DNA of 64,000 bases, from positions 68,143 to 132,142 of the forward strand of contig CAYZYP010000001.1 in NCBI GenBank assembly GCA_964482695.1, given 5' to 3'. Made by a program: the position numbers and the translations under genes. Origin of the DNA: an uncultured Gammaproteobacteria bacterium. Lineage in GTDB: Bacteria > Patescibacteriota > Patescibacteriia > Magasanikbacterales > GWA2-37-8. Below are positions 45,770-55,684 of this stretch, in pieces; within the stretch, counting starts at the first letter, position 1; the number at the start of each line of letters is the position of its first letter. The notes under the pieces are model-generated. The model saw only the letters and a program-made list of their open reading frames with translations, was not told the DNA's origin and did no database searches.

Positions 45770-47047
45770 ATGTCGGAATTATTCTTTCACCAGTTAGATA
45801 TTACAAAATTAAATAATTATTTAATCCTGCTTGATATTGACGGCACAATTGTTTGTGATGGCAGTGAAAAAATAGAAGAGGACGCAGTTTTGAAGATAAA
45901 AGAATTAGCCAAAAATAACAAATTATATTTTTGTTCTAACAAAGGTGCTTGTAAACAAAGAGAAAATATTTTGAATTTAACAGGCGTGTCTTGTTTGGAC
46001 GCGCCACATCGCAAGCCAAGTAAAAAAATTTTACGATATATTGAAAACAAAGAATCACTGCCTTTGCTAATAATAGGCGATAAATATTTAACCGATGGCT
46101 TTTTCGCGAAAAATATCGGCGCGGAATTTATTAAAGTAAAAAGGTTAAAGTCTGCCAGTGATAGCTTGTTCGTTAAATTAACTTACTTGATAGATAATTT
46201 TGTCTATTTTGTGAAAGATTATTTTATATTATTGCGTCCTTGGCAATGGATAAAGAATTTTTTTGTTTTTGTACCGATATTTTTTGCCAAGGAAATTTTT
46301 TTGCCAACTAAATTATCAACGGCTTTTCTGGCGTTTATTGTTTTTTGTCTAACAGCCAGCGCCATGTATGTGATTAATGATATTTTTGATAAAAAAGCAG
46401 ATCAGGCTCATACCAAAAAGAACAAAAGGCCGATAGCGACAGGCAGGCTAAAGATTTGGCAGGCGATTATTATACTATTTTTGTTATTATTGTCGGCCGT
46501 GGCGATTATTTTTTATAAATTGCCGACTATTTGGCCGGTGATGGCTATTTATGTTATTTTAAATTTATTGTATTCTTCTTATTTTAAAAAGGTGGTTATT
46601 TTGGATCTTTTATTTATTTCCGTGTTTTATTTATTACGTGTTTTGGCCGGTGGCATCGCTACCAATACCTATATTTCACACTGGTTAATATTATGCGTAT
46701 TGTTCGTTACCTTGCTTATCATCATTGGTAAAAGAATAGCGGAATTTAAACAGCCTAACAAAAGGGAAGTCTTAAAATCATACAGTTTGAATTTTCTAGA
46801 ACATTTGCTTTCTGTTAGCGCTGGATTAACTCTGGTTTCTTATGGCCTGTATAGTTTTTTGGGCGTTAGTTCCCCCTGGATGGTTTATTCAACTTTGTTT
46901 ATAGTTTTAGGCGTTTTTCGTTTTCTTTTTTTAGTATATACTACCGACAAAACAGAATTTCCAGAAAAATTAATTTTGACTGACAGAGTATTATTGAGCT
47001 CTATTGTTTGTTGGCTATTGTATATGTATATAATTTTTTATCATTAA
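45770..47047 (+). CDS. Fusion protein with an N-terminal HAD-IIIA-like phosphatase domain and a C-terminal UbiA-family prenyltransferase (decaprenyl-phosphate phosphoribosyltransferase-like) domain.
   Basis: HAD motifs 'LLDIDGTIV', 'KPSKK' and 'IGDKYLTDG'. Then ~8 TM helices with the UbiA Asp-rich motif 'NDIFDKKADQAHTKKNKRPIATGRL'. Confidence 0.6.
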   Translation: MSELFFHQLDITKLNNYLILLDIDGTIVCDGSEKIEEDAVLKIKELAKNNKLYFCSNKGACKQRENILNLTGVSCLDAPHRKPSKKILRYIENKESLPLLIIGDKYLTDGFFAKNIGAEFIKVKRLKSASDSLFVKLTYLIDNFVYFVKDYFILLRPWQWIKNFFVFVPIFFAKEIFLPTKLSTAFLAFIVFCLTASAMYVINDIFDKKADQAHTKKNKRPIATGRLKIWQAIIILFLLLLSAVAIIFYKLPTIWPVMAIYVILNLLYSSYFKKVVILDLLFISVFYLLRVLAGGIATNTYISHWLILCVLFVTLLIIIGKRIAEFKQPNKREVLKSYSLNFLEHLLSVSAGLTLVSYGLYSFLGVSSPWMVYSTLFIVLGVFRFLFLVYTTDKTEFPEKLILTDRVLLSSIVCWLLYMYIIFYH

Positions 47048-47091
47048 CTTAAATTAAGCCAGAATAATATTGTTTTTAAAGTAAAAATTTT

Positions 47092-48129
47092 ATGTCACAT
47101 TTTTTAGTCACAGGAGGATCAGGTTTTTTGGGAATTAATTTAATCCGCCATTTGTTATCTCGCGGCCACAAAGTCCGTTCATTAGACATTGTGCCGTTTG
47201 ATTATCCGGAAAAAGATAAAGTAGAAACAATCTTGGGAGATATTAGAAATAAAGAAACAGTAGAAAGAAGTCTGGAAGGCATAGATATTGTGATACATTG
47301 TGCCGCCGCTTTGCCATTGTACAAAAAAGAAGATATTTTTTCTACTGATATAGAAGGCGCTAGAAACATGTTGCAAGCCGCGTATAAAAATAAAATTGAT
47401 CGCTTTATTCATATTTCTTCTACCGCTGTTTATGGCATTCCTGACCACCACCCATTGTGCGAAGAAGATAAGCTAGAAGGCGTTGGCCCTTATGGCCAAT
47501 CCAAAATAATGGCCGAATATCTTTGCCTAGAATACGCCCGCCGCGGCATGTGTGTGTCAATAATTCGCCCTAAATCATTCATTGGTCCAGAAAGATTAGG
47601 AGTATTTGCTTTATTGTATGATTGGGCTAAAGATGGTAAAAATTTCCCAATGATTGGCAGTGGCAACAATAGGTATCAGTTATTAGATGTAGAAGATTTG
47701 TGCGATGCGGTTTATTTGTGCGCCACCAAAGAAAAAAATATTGTTAATGATACTTTTAACATAGGCGCTAAAGAATTTACCACCATGAAAGAAGATTATC
47801 AAGCTGTTTTGGATAAGGCTGGCAAACACAAGAAAATAATTGGTTTCCCAGCCGGTCCGGCAATTTGGTTTTTGCGAGTTTTAGAAAAATTACATCTGTC
47901 ACCACTATATAAATGGGTATATGAAACAGCCAGCCACGACAGTTTTGTTTCTATAGAAAAAGCAGAAAAAAAATTAGGCTATTCGCCAAAATTTTCTAAT
48001 AAGCAAGCGCTTGTTAGAAATTATGATTGGTATTTGGCTAATTTAGAAAAATTTAAAGGTCAAAAAGGGGTATCTCATCGCGTGCCTTGGGGGCAGGGGG
48101 TATTGAAAATTGTTAAATTGTTTTTTTAA
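47092..48129 (+). CDS. NAD-dependent epimerase/dehydratase (extended SDR).
   Basis: 'LVTGGSGFLGINLIRHLL' is the Rossmann motif. The catalytic 'YGQSK' is present. Confidence 0.7.
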   Translation: MSHFLVTGGSGFLGINLIRHLLSRGHKVRSLDIVPFDYPEKDKVETILGDIRNKETVERSLEGIDIVIHCAAALPLYKKEDIFSTDIEGARNMLQAAYKNKIDRFIHISSTAVYGIPDHHPLCEEDKLEGVGPYGQSKIMAEYLCLEYARRGMCVSIIRPKSFIGPERLGVFALLYDWAKDGKNFPMIGSGNNRYQLLDVEDLCDAVYLCATKEKNIVNDTFNIGAKEFTTMKEDYQAVLDKAGKHKKIIGFPAGPAIWFLRVLEKLHLSPLYKWVYETASHDSFVSIEKAEKKLGYSPKFSNKQALVRNYDWYLANLEKFKGQKGVSHRVPWGQGVLKIVKLFF

Positions 48130-48135
48130 TGGCTT

Positions 48136-49839
48136 ATGAAATGGTTGAAAATAGACAATTTTATCTTTAATCGTTGGCAAGGCACGGTAATGGTGATATT
48201 AGTTTTTGTTATTGCTTCGGTATTTGGCGTTAATCAATATAGATATGGTTGGAGCGACCAAACGATAACTATCCCTTTTATCAAATTTTTTCTAAATCCA
48301 GAATTATTTTCTGGTGATTATTTATTAACGCAAATCCCGTATTATTATACTTTTTTGTGGTTTGGCTTGGCTGTTATAATCAAATATCTGCATCTTAGTA
48401 CCCCTGTTATTTTTTTTATCACTTATTTTTTATTAGTGGTTGCTTTATATTCAGCTATTTATTTAATTGCTCGGGAAATTTTTAAGAAAAAGGAAGTGGC
48501 TTTTTTATCGTTATTTTTTCTTTTGTTTGCCAATACTACTTTAGCTGGAGCAAATATTTTGGATGACATGTTGGTTACTAGAACAGCTGTTTTGCCATTT
48601 TTACTTTTTGCCCTTTATTTTTTTCTTAAAGAAAAGTATTTTATTACCTATTTACTTTTGGGTATTGGCTTTTTGATTCATCCTTTAACTGCTTTATACG
48701 TTTTTGCAATGATTTTTGTAGCTTCAATAGTAAATATTAAAAAAATAGGAGCTAAAAAATTATTTTCTGCCGGTGGATTTTTTTTAATTACAATACTGCC
48801 ATTAATAGTTTGGAAAACAGTATATTCACCGCAGTCATTTGGTTTGCTTCATGTAGATGCCAGTTGGTTGGAACTATTACGTTTACGTTCTAGTCATCAT
48901 ATTTTTCCATTTTCATGGAATTTAGATATTTTTTTAAAAGCAGTTTTAACAGCTGTATTATTTTTTTTCTCTTTCAGACGTGTGCCCTTTGGTAGCAGGA
49001 AGCGGGCAACCAGTATGTTTGTTGTCGCGATTGCCACTATGATGATAATTGGTATAATTTTTACCGAAATTTGGCCAGCTTCTTTCGCGTTGGAATTACA
49101 GTTTTTGAGGAGTTGGCAATTTTTTGTTTATCTAACAATAATTTATTTTTCTAATTATTTTGTTAATCAGTTAGAAGAAGGGAAAAAGATATTACCATGG
49201 TTATTATTGGTTATTGGCTCAATCGCTTTTTTCTATAATACCTCGGAAAAACGTTTAACTGATTATTCCTTATTTATTTACGCCGGATTTATAGGAGGTT
49301 TTATTTTGTTGTTTTTATTTTTAAAATTCTTAAAAAGAAAAGAATTACTATTAAAAGGTTTTATTTATTTTATTGTTTGTTTTTCTTTGGCGGTTGGTGG
49401 CGTAGCCTATGCTATGCAGAAAAATTTTACTATTTACAACGCTCAAGATAAATTATGGTTAGATGTTCAGTATTGGGCCAACAAAAATACCAGCTCAACC
49501 GCTATGTTTATTGTTCCGCCCAGCATAGAAGGTTTTAGAGTAGAATCAGAAAGAACAATATATGCTGACTGGAAGGATGGCACATTACTTAATTTTAATC
49601 CTCAGTTTGGCACAGAATGGCTTAGAAGGATGAAAAAATTAGGTTATAAAAAAGGGGATAGGGATTCTTTGGAGCGTGGCTACATGAGTTTAGCTGAAAA
49701 GGATTTTATAGGAATAATCAAAGAACAGTCTTTGGACAAAGGGCCTTGGTATGTGGTAATGTATAAGGAACGCGGAGATTTAAACTTGCCTATTGTATAT
49801 CAAAATGGTAAGTTTATTGTTTACAGGACAACTAAATAG
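48136..49839 (+). CDS. Large polytopic membrane protein with a C-terminal soluble domain. Putative GT-C-fold glycosyltransferase using polyprenyl-phospho-sugar.
   Basis: ~12 TM helices over ~430 aa, then a ~140-aa soluble tail. It sits next to the UbiA-fusion and epimerase genes. No family was firmly recognised. Confidence 0.35.
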   Translation: MKWLKIDNFIFNRWQGTVMVILVFVIASVFGVNQYRYGWSDQTITIPFIKFFLNPELFSGDYLLTQIPYYYTFLWFGLAVIIKYLHLSTPVIFFITYFLLVVALYSAIYLIAREIFKKKEVAFLSLFFLLFANTTLAGANILDDMLVTRTAVLPFLLFALYFFLKEKYFITYLLLGIGFLIHPLTALYVFAMIFVASIVNIKKIGAKKLFSAGGFFLITILPLIVWKTVYSPQSFGLLHVDASWLELLRLRSSHHIFPFSWNLDIFLKAVLTAVLFFFSFRRVPFGSRKRATSMFVVAIATMMIIGIIFTEIWPASFALELQFLRSWQFFVYLTIIYFSNYFVNQLEEGKKILPWLLLVIGSIAFFYNTSEKRLTDYSLFIYAGFIGGFILLFLFLKFLKRKELLLKGFIYFIVCFSLAVGGVAYAMQKNFTIYNAQDKLWLDVQYWANKNTSSTAMFIVPPSIEGFRVESERTIYADWKDGTLLNFNPQFGTEWLRRMKKLGYKKGDRDSLERGYMSLAEKDFIGIIKEQSLDKGPWYVVMYKERGDLNLPIVYQNGKFIVYRTTK

Positions 49840-49845
49840 GGTTTT

Positions 49846-50838
49846 ATGTATTATACTGATAAAATTAACTCACTAAAAAGGATTTTTGGCACAGAAAATA
49901 TTGTTTTAGAAGAGCAGTCCTTGCGAGTTGATAATAAAAACTATCCTATTATAGACGATGTTATTATACTTTCTGATCAGACTAAATACACTGATTTTGT
50001 TAGAAAAAAGTTGGTTATTAAAGCTGATTTTAGTCAGCAAGAAAAAGATTTTTCCAAAGACATTCAATACACATTTGGCAGTGAATGGGAAGAATATAGC
50101 AAGATTTTGCCAGAACACCAGAAAGAATTTTTGCAATATTTTGACATCGTGGATTTAAAAGAATTACAAAATAGCGCGATTTGTGATTTGGGTTGCGGTA
50201 ATGGACGCTGGAGTTATTTTTTGAGAGAACAGTGTCAAGAGATAATATTGGTAGATTTTTCTGATGCCATATTTATTGCTAGAAAGAATTTAACAACAGT
50301 GAACAATTGTTTGTTTTTTATGTGTGATTTAAAGTCGTTGCCTTTTAAAAATAATTTTGTGAATTTCTTGTTTAGTATTGGCGTGTTGCATCATTTACCA
50401 ACCCCTTGTTTAGACGAGGTGCGTGTTTTGCGCAAGTATTCCCCAAAGTTGCTTGTTTATCTTTATTACGCGCTTGACAATCGGCCAATATATTTTCGTA
50501 TTTTATTAAAGTTAGTTACCAAGGCGCGTGTTATTGCTAGCAAGGTAAAAAGTAAATTTTTCCGCAAAATTTTTTGTTTTTTTGTCGCCTATCTAATTTA
50601 TGCGCCGCTTATTATTTTAGGACGGTTTTTAAACTTAATTAAATTAGGCAAATTTGTTCCTTTATATGAATTTTATAATAAAAAAAGCATGTTAAGAATA
50701 AAGCAAGATGTTTATGACAGGTTTTTTACTGGCATAGAACAAAGAGTGGCGCGTTTGGATATTTTAAAATTAAAAGATACTTTTAATGAAGTTATTATTT
50801 CTGATAATAAGCCTTACTGGCATTTTTTATGTAAGTAA
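49846..50838 (+). CDS. SAM-dependent methyltransferase domain with a C-terminal membrane segment.
   Basis: Motif I 'ICDLGCGNGRWSYFL'. C-terminal hydrophobic helices 'FFVAYLIYAPLIILGRFL'. Confidence 0.45.
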   Translation: MYYTDKINSLKRIFGTENIVLEEQSLRVDNKNYPIIDDVIILSDQTKYTDFVRKKLVIKADFSQQEKDFSKDIQYTFGSEWEEYSKILPEHQKEFLQYFDIVDLKELQNSAICDLGCGNGRWSYFLREQCQEIILVDFSDAIFIARKNLTTVNNCLFFMCDLKSLPFKNNFVNFLFSIGVLHHLPTPCLDEVRVLRKYSPKLLVYLYYALDNRPIYFRILLKLVTKARVIASKVKSKFFRKIFCFFVAYLIYAPLIILGRFLNLIKLGKFVPLYEFYNKKSMLRIKQDVYDRFFTGIEQRVARLDILKLKDTFNEVIISDNKPYWHFLCK

Positions 50839-50866
50839 TAATTTATAACAAGTTAGGATAAAATGT

Positions 50867-51799
50867 ATGTTTAATTCAATTAAAAATTTCGCTGTTATCG
50901 GTGTGGCTGGTTATATAGCCCCCAGACATTTGGAAGCTATTAAGGCTACAGGCAACAGGTTGGTTGCCGCTTATGATCCGCATGATTCCGTTGGTGTATT
51001 GGATAAATATGGTGATGATATAGATTTTTTTACTGAATTTGAGAGATTTGATCGTTATGTTGAAAAACACAAAAGGGATCCAAAGAGCGCGAAAAAAATA
51101 GATTATGTTTCAATCTGTTCGCCAAATTATCTGCATGACGCACATATACGATTTGGTTTGCGTATAGCCGCTAATGTTATTTGTGAAAAGCCTTTGGTAT
51201 TAAATCCATGGAATATTGATCCACTTATTGAATTAGAAAAAGAAAGTGGCAAAAAAGTTTTTACCATATTACAACTACGTCTGCACCCGTCTATTATCGC
51301 GCTTAAGGAAAAGATTCAAAACTCGCCAGCCGACCACAAGTATGATATCCGATTAATTTACATTACACCCAGAGGAAAGTGGTATCATAATTCTTGGAAA
51401 GGCAAACTTGATAAATCCGGTGGCGTGGCTACTAATATCGGCATTCATTTTTTTGATATGTTGATTTGGATTTTTGGTGAAGTATCAGGTCAAGAAGTTC
51501 ATGAGCGTAACGACAAGAAGGTAGCCGGGGTCATCAAGCTAAAGAGAGCTACTGTTAAATGGTTTTTATCTATTGATAAGAGTGATTTATCGGAAGTACA
51601 AAGAGAAAGAGGCGGGGCGTATCGTTCCATCACTGTTGACGGCCAGGAGATTGTTTTTTCTGACGGTTTCACTGACTTGCATACTAAGGTATATGAGAAT
51701 GTGCTTCGCGGAAAAGGTTACGGACTTGAAGACGTGCGACCTTCAATTCAGTTGGCACATGATATAAGAAACTCTGTAATAACGAAAGGATTCTTTTAA
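50867..51799 (+). CDS. Gfo/Idh/MocA-family NAD(P)-dependent sugar oxidoreductase (WbpB-like).
   Basis: 'NFAVIGVAGYIAPRHLEAI' and 'EKPL' motifs. It lies in the context of DegT and acetyltransferase genes. Confidence 0.65.
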   Translation: MFNSIKNFAVIGVAGYIAPRHLEAIKATGNRLVAAYDPHDSVGVLDKYGDDIDFFTEFERFDRYVEKHKRDPKSAKKIDYVSICSPNYLHDAHIRFGLRIAANVICEKPLVLNPWNIDPLIELEKESGKKVFTILQLRLHPSIIALKEKIQNSPADHKYDIRLIYITPRGKWYHNSWKGKLDKSGGVATNIGIHFFDMLIWIFGEVSGQEVHERNDKKVAGVIKLKRATVKWFLSIDKSDLSEVQRERGGAYRSITVDGQEIVFSDGFTDLHTKVYENVLRGKGYGLEDVRPSIQLAHDIRNSVITKGFF

Positions 51800-51851
51800 A
51801 AGATTTATCACATGTCAGAATCGTCTTCTCAAGCAATTTAAAGACAAAAAT

Positions 51852-52637
51852 ATGAATAAGTCACATCGGTCGGTTTGTAATTTTACATTGGAACATTATA
51901 ATGATATTTTAAAATTGCTTAAGAAACACAATTACCGTTTTAGCTTCTTTACTGATAGACAGGATAGTAAAGAGAGGCAGGTGTATATAAGGCATGATGT
52001 GGACTATTCACCACGAGTCGCTTTAAAAATGGCAGAGGCGGAGAAAGGACATGAAGTTAAATCTACGTATTTTTTCAGGTTACGAGCACCATTTTATAAT
52101 GTATTTGATTCAACGAATGCAGAGGCTATTAAAGAAATCGAGGAAATGGGTCATTGTGTAGGGTTGCACTACGAAGGACAAATGACAAGTCAATCAGTTA
52201 GTCTAGGGACTGTTGAAAAAGAGATAAAAAAGCAAATTAAGATATTTAATGATCTGGGTATTTACATGAAACAGGTTGTTTCTTTTCATAGACCAAGGCA
52301 AATCAAACCGTTGGTGGTTGGCTGCACATTGAGGGGGGGGGTATTGAGTGCGTATGATCCAAAATTTTTTTCCACTGATGAAGAATATGCCAAAGATCCT
52401 GTCAATAAAACAAAATATATTTCTGATTCAAGAGGGAAATGGCATGGTGATGAGTGTGTATGTCAAATTAACGCAACAGATATTAAAAAAATACAAATGC
52501 TTGTCCATCCAATTTGGTGGGTGGAGAGGATTGAAAACGCTAATATTCATTTGCAGAAATTCTTAAATGATGAATTTAGATACTTGGACGAATCCATGCG
52601 TTTGGATAGCAATATTTACGTTAATAAAATTTTTTAA
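51852..52637 (+). CDS. Polysaccharide deacetylase-like (CE4/NodB-related) protein. It contains a G9 homopolymer at 52332-52340.
   Basis: The 'IRHDVDYSP' His/Asp motif and size are consistent with divergent deacetylases. Confidence 0.45.
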   Translation: MNKSHRSVCNFTLEHYNDILKLLKKHNYRFSFFTDRQDSKERQVYIRHDVDYSPRVALKMAEAEKGHEVKSTYFFRLRAPFYNVFDSTNAEAIKEIEEMGHCVGLHYEGQMTSQSVSLGTVEKEIKKQIKIFNDLGIYMKQVVSFHRPRQIKPLVVGCTLRGGVLSAYDPKFFSTDEEYAKDPVNKTKYISDSRGKWHGDECVCQINATDIKKIQMLVHPIWWVERIENANIHLQKFLNDEFRYLDESMRLDSNIYVNKIF

Positions 52638-52802
52638 CCATGAAATCGATAATCGTGTTGAAAATAGGTGTAAGCGCGCCCGGTATTATTAAAAGCCCGA
52701 GGCTTGTAAAAGAGCGCGTGGCTGAATGTCCGCTTTTTCTTGTGGTCTTGCCGTGAGTAAATTTTTTAAATATAATATAGTCTTAAACATTAAACACTAC
52801 AT

Positions 52803-53753
52803 ATGAAGAATAAATTAAAAATTCTAGTTACAGGTGGTGGGGGTTTCATAGGCAGTGCTTTTCTGGTAAATAGCACAAAAGAAATGGAAGTAATATCGTT
52901 AGACCATGGTACAAACTATCCGAAATTGAAGAGTATTGTACCTTCAAATGTAGAACTTGTTCAAGGTAGCTTAAATAATGAAGATTTATTAGATGAAATT
53001 TTAAGAGGGGTTGAAGTAATTATTCATTTTGCAGGAGGAGGAGGCAACCGAGCTTGTTTGGAAGATCCGACAAAATCTTTGCTGAATAATGTATTAGGTA
53101 CAAGATTATTACTCAAAAAGGCTCTCCAATATAAAATAAAAAGATTTTTTTTTGCGTCAACTCAGTCGGTATACGGAACATTTTCAGAACGAGAGATGCC
53201 TTTAGTAGAAAAAAAATTACAGGAACCCGACGATTTTTATGCGGCTTTAAAAACATGTGCTGAAGCGACAATTATGGATCTGTTTAATAATTATGTTATA
53301 TTCCGCTTTGCTAATGTATATGGTTATGGAAGTGGATTGGGCGCTCAGTGGGGTGGTGTTATAGGCAAATTCATTAAATCTGGTTGTGATAATGCTGAAA
53401 TTTCTGTCTTTGGTACGGGTGAACAGAAAATTGATTTCGTTCATATAAATGATGTTGTTAAAGTTTTATTATTAACTTTAGGAAATCAAACAATTAAGAG
53501 CGAAATAATAAATGTAGGAAGCGGCAAAGGGACATCGATTAAAGAAGTCGGATTAACTGTAGCTCATGTCGCTCAAAGGAATTATAATCGATCCGTCAAT
53601 ATAAATTATAAACCAGCTCCTCCGGATAAAATTTGGCCTGATCGATGGCTATCAATCAATAAGGCAAAAGAACTCCTTCACTGGCAACCGCAAGTCTCTC
53701 TTGAAGAAGGTGTTAATGAAATGATGAATAAATATTTAAATGCATCAAAATAA
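52803..53753 (+). CDS. NAD-dependent epimerase/dehydratase (extended SDR).
   Basis: 'ILVTGGGGFIGSAF' and the catalytic 'YAALK'. Confidence 0.7.
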   Translation: MKNKLKILVTGGGGFIGSAFLVNSTKEMEVISLDHGTNYPKLKSIVPSNVELVQGSLNNEDLLDEILRGVEVIIHFAGGGGNRACLEDPTKSLLNNVLGTRLLLKKALQYKIKRFFFASTQSVYGTFSEREMPLVEKKLQEPDDFYAALKTCAEATIMDLFNNYVIFRFANVYGYGSGLGAQWGGVIGKFIKSGCDNAEISVFGTGEQKIDFVHINDVVKVLLLTLGNQTIKSEIINVGSGKGTSIKEVGLTVAHVAQRNYNRSVNINYKPAPPDKIWPDRWLSINKAKELLHWQPQVSLEEGVNEMMNKYLNASK

Positions 53754-53761
53754 ATATAAAT

Positions 53762-54883
53762 ATGAATATAAATTCAACAAAACCTTATTTCCCTGCTGAA
53801 GATATTGAAAATATTATTCTCGATATTCGAGAAATGTTTCGGACAGGCATGCTCGCTCAATCAATAAATGTAAAACAATTTGAAGATGAGTTTGCTAAAT
53901 ATGTTGGCACAAAATTCGCCATTGCTACTAATTCGGGCACCTCTACTTTAGAAATAATATTGCGATATTTTAATGTTAAAGATAAAGAAGTTATAGTACC
54001 GACGAATACTTTTATTGCTTCATCGAATGCTGTTATATTTGCAGGTGGCAAACCTGTTTTAGCCGATATAAAGGCAGATTCTTTATGTATAAATCCCAAA
54101 GATATTGAAAATAAACTTACTGACAAGACCTGTGGAATTATGATTGTTCATTTGGCAGGTCTGATTTGTCCTGACTTGGAGGAAATAAAGACGATATGTA
54201 ATAAGAACAATTTGTTTTTAATTGAGGATGCTGCCCATGCACATGGTGCGTCAGTGAGAGGTGTAAAAGCTGGGAATTTAAGTGATGCCGGTTCTTTCTC
54301 CTTCTTCCCATCGAAAGTAATGACGACTGGGGAAGGGGGAATGATAACTACTAATAACAAGGAACTTGCTGAATTGGCTCGTAGCATGCGTCATCATGGT
54401 ATTGGTGATGCACGAGGTGAGCTTGTTCGTCTTGGGTATAATTGGAGAATGAGCGAAATTAATGCTATTTTAGGAAAATATCAGTTAAGGAGATTAGATC
54501 AGTTTATTGATAAAAGAATTCATATTGCAGAAATATATAATTCGCAATTCAAACATTGTGAACGCGTTCATACAATTTCAGTTCCACCAGACGTTAGACA
54601 CAGTTATTATAAATTTCCGCTCATATTAAACAAGGGAATTGATAGGGAGTTTGTTAGTATTAAATTAAAGCAGGATTATAATATAGGTGTTGGTTCTATT
54701 TACTGGCCTCCTTGTCACCTTCAACCTGTTTATCTAGATCTTTTTAAATTTAAAAAAGGTATGCTTCCTGTAGCCGAGGATATATTAAATAGGACGATCG
54801 CCCTTCCAATATTTATTGAAATGACAGACCTAGAAATTGAATATGTGGTTGATAGCGTAATAAAAATAATAAAGAATTATTGA
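53762..54883 (+). CDS. DegT/DnrJ/EryC1/StrS-family PLP-dependent sugar aminotransferase.
   Basis: 'ATNSGTSTLEI', 'DAAHAHG' and the lysine in 'FSFFPSKVMTTGEGGMI'. Confidence 0.8.
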   Translation: MNINSTKPYFPAEDIENIILDIREMFRTGMLAQSINVKQFEDEFAKYVGTKFAIATNSGTSTLEIILRYFNVKDKEVIVPTNTFIASSNAVIFAGGKPVLADIKADSLCINPKDIENKLTDKTCGIMIVHLAGLICPDLEEIKTICNKNNLFLIEDAAHAHGASVRGVKAGNLSDAGSFSFFPSKVMTTGEGGMITTNNKELAELARSMRHHGIGDARGELVRLGYNWRMSEINAILGKYQLRRLDQFIDKRIHIAEIYNSQFKHCERVHTISVPPDVRHSYYKFPLILNKGIDREFVSIKLKQDYNIGVGSIYWPPCHLQPVYLDLFKFKKGMLPVAEDILNRTIALPIFIEMTDLEIEYVVDSVIKIIKNY

Positions 54884-55599
54884 AAGACAATTGTATGATC
54901 ATTGGAATTCATCAACCGAATTTCTTACCGTGGATTAGTTATTTTCATAAAATTAAATCAGTAGATAAGTTTGTTTTTTTAGATGATGTCCAAATTCCCC
55001 GAGGTAAAAGTTATTGCTCAAGAACTAAAATTTTAATACAAAATTCTGAAGCATGGTTAACCATACCTATCTTAAATAAATCAGAGATGTTGTTAATTAA
55101 AGATGTGAAGGTAAATAATAATTTAAATTGGAAAAAAAAACATCTTAGAACTTTGGAATTAAATTACCGCAAAAGTCTATTTTTCCATGAAGTTATAGAT
55201 ATTATAAATAATGTTTATGAGGATGATTCCGAGTATTTGATTGATTATAATATGCCATTAATAACAAAAATTTCTCAATATTTGGATTTAAAAACGGAAT
55301 TTATAAAATCATCTGAAATTTCATTAAATAGGGAAATAACTGGTTTGGAAAAAATACTTGAGATAAATAAAATTCTAAAATCTGATAGCTATCTTTCTGG
55401 TTCTGGAAGGGGTTCACAAAGATATATCGACGAAGCTCGATTTAAACCTGAAAATATAAACTTGATCTGGCAAGAATTTGTTCATTCAACTTATCCTCAA
55501 CTTTCAAAAAATTTTATTCGTAATCTTTCAATTATTGATTTACTTTTTAATTGTGGTAAAAACAGCAGCCAGATATTAAATGGTATCTCGTTAAGTTAA
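54880..55599 (+). CDS. WbqC-like family protein.
   Basis: 'IIGIHQPNFLPWISYFHKI...KFVFLDDVQ' is the WbqC-family N-terminal signature. Confidence 0.65.
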   Translation: MKDNCMIIGIHQPNFLPWISYFHKIKSVDKFVFLDDVQIPRGKSYCSRTKILIQNSEAWLTIPILNKSEMLLIKDVKVNNNLNWKKKHLRTLELNYRKSLFFHEVIDIINNVYEDDSEYLIDYNMPLITKISQYLDLKTEFIKSSEISLNREITGLEKILEINKILKSDSYLSGSGRGSQRYIDEARFKPENINLIWQEFVHSTYPQLSKNFIRNLSIIDLLFNCGKNSSQILNGISLS

Positions 55600-55684
55600 T
55601 AGTGAACAACCCTGTGGGTGCCTGTGAGGGCACACCACAGGGTGTGCTAATTATAAAATCAATTTATTTATTAAACAACGTAGT

